Shown here piece after piece: positions 62,924 through 64,000 of a DNA stretch of 64,000 bases. A program made the position numbers and the translations under genes. The DNA is from Marsupella aquatica. Taxonomy: Eukaryota > Plantae > Marchantiophyta. The stretch lies in NCBI GenBank assembly GCA_973895155.1, contig OZ316894.1:18762805-18826804 (forward strand), read 5' to 3'. The stretch's first letter is position 1. The number at the start of each line of letters is the position of its first letter. The notes beneath the pieces are model-generated. The model was not told where the DNA came from, made no database searches, and was given only the letters and a program-made list of their open reading frames with translations.

Positions 62924-63539
62924 AAGGCCCCTCACCCTTCATTATAATACAAACCTCAGCAGTTATGTAGGCCACAACCCCTGGGTGCAAGAAAAAAAGC
63001 TTTCACTATTTATTCTCCTTTCAAATTTCCTTTTACCCAATGCAGATGAACCCTGAGACTGGCAGAGGAGGCCTTTTTGTCTGGGCAGAATCCTATCAGT
63101 ATAATAGCAGAACTCTGTTCAAATATACTGATACATATGAATGCCGACATGAGCTGTGACTGCCACATATGTTTGAACACTAACCTATCTTATTTGGATA
63201 ATTGGTTCATAGGGTTTACAACAGCTGAAGGGTGTTCCTGTATTAGATCGAATGGTTGACATTCATTAGGTATATCTCAAGCTTCTGATCATTAGATTCT
63301 GGAGAGTGTCTCTACCAAATTCAGTCTACGTAATCAAGTTAGATTAATCACTGTTAAAAATGGGAAACCTATCTATTTAATAGAGACTCAGAATAGTAAT
63401 TCTTCAGCAAGAGTTGTAGACTTCTTTAGTTCCCCCAATTGACTATTCTTGACTCACTCTCGTAAATATTTACGGGTCTAGTTAGAGACTCTTGTAATTG
63501 TGAAAATTCTGTAAAAAATCCACATCATCCCATAAATTC

Positions 63540-63680
63540 TAAACCATTGGATCTGTCTAATTGAACCATCTAGATTCTTTTCATGTGTGAGCACTTGTGT
63601 GCACACTCATGTGGGAAAAAAGTGAATACTTGATTCTCAACCATTGGATGTTTCTAATTGGAGCATCTAGATTTCTTGTT
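63540..63680. repeat. Imperfect direct repeat (about 97-bp period)
   Basis: AACCATTGGAT..TCTAATTG.A.CATCTAGATT at about 63542 and 63639. Confidence 0.6.
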
Positions 63681-64000
63681 TGTGGGAACATTTGTGTATT
63701 CCTTGTATGCAGAATCATGTGAGACAAAAATGAGAACCCGTGTCAGATTGTATTAGAATATTAGATCATGTCATACCAAAAAATAGATGCATGTCCCTCA
63801 TTTTTCTTAACCATGTCATAATGGAATGAGGGTACAAAATAAGGAAAAAAAAAGTCAATCCTAGCCCTTTATCAAAAATGGATTTTTTAGGTACCATCAG
63901 ATCCACCTAGACTCTCCTCACACCTCAAATGTCTGTCAGAATGCCTGCTCGCATCTGCCCAAAACGAAAATTAAAATAAATTTTGGAAATTTTGGAAAAA

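Overview
Eukaryotic nuclear DNA from a land plant, probably a non-seed plant such as a bryophyte (inferred from gene content, intron style and a mitochondrial-type trnK fragment). Intron-containing housekeeping genes: the 5' part of the DNA polymerase alpha catalytic subunit (minus, runs off the left edge), a CCR4/Angel-type EEP hydrolase (plus) and the GPI ethanolamine-phosphate transferase PIG-O (minus). Accessory genes: an At4g22030/'petal formation-expressed'-like protein with two SLATT-like 2-TM modules, a fungal-looking GPR1/FUN34/YaaH acetate transporter with a 1-nt frameshift, and a UDP-glucuronate 4-epimerase pseudogene interrupted by a G-rich insertion. Two full-length but defective Ty1/copia elements have intact LTRs and 5-bp TSDs: a Tnt1/Tork-like element (tRNA-iMet PBS) and a Bianca-like element with 109-bp identical LTRs and a half-tRNA-Ile PBS. 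Also present are a cytosolic tRNA-Phe gene, a mitochondrial-type tRNA-Lys fragment, several tandem and hairpin repeat arrays, and decayed dispersed repeats. No CRISPR array or prokaryotic operon is present, and I see no demonstrably new multi-gene system; the best leads are listed under findings. All calls were made by eye; exon coordinates were read manually and may be off by a few bases.
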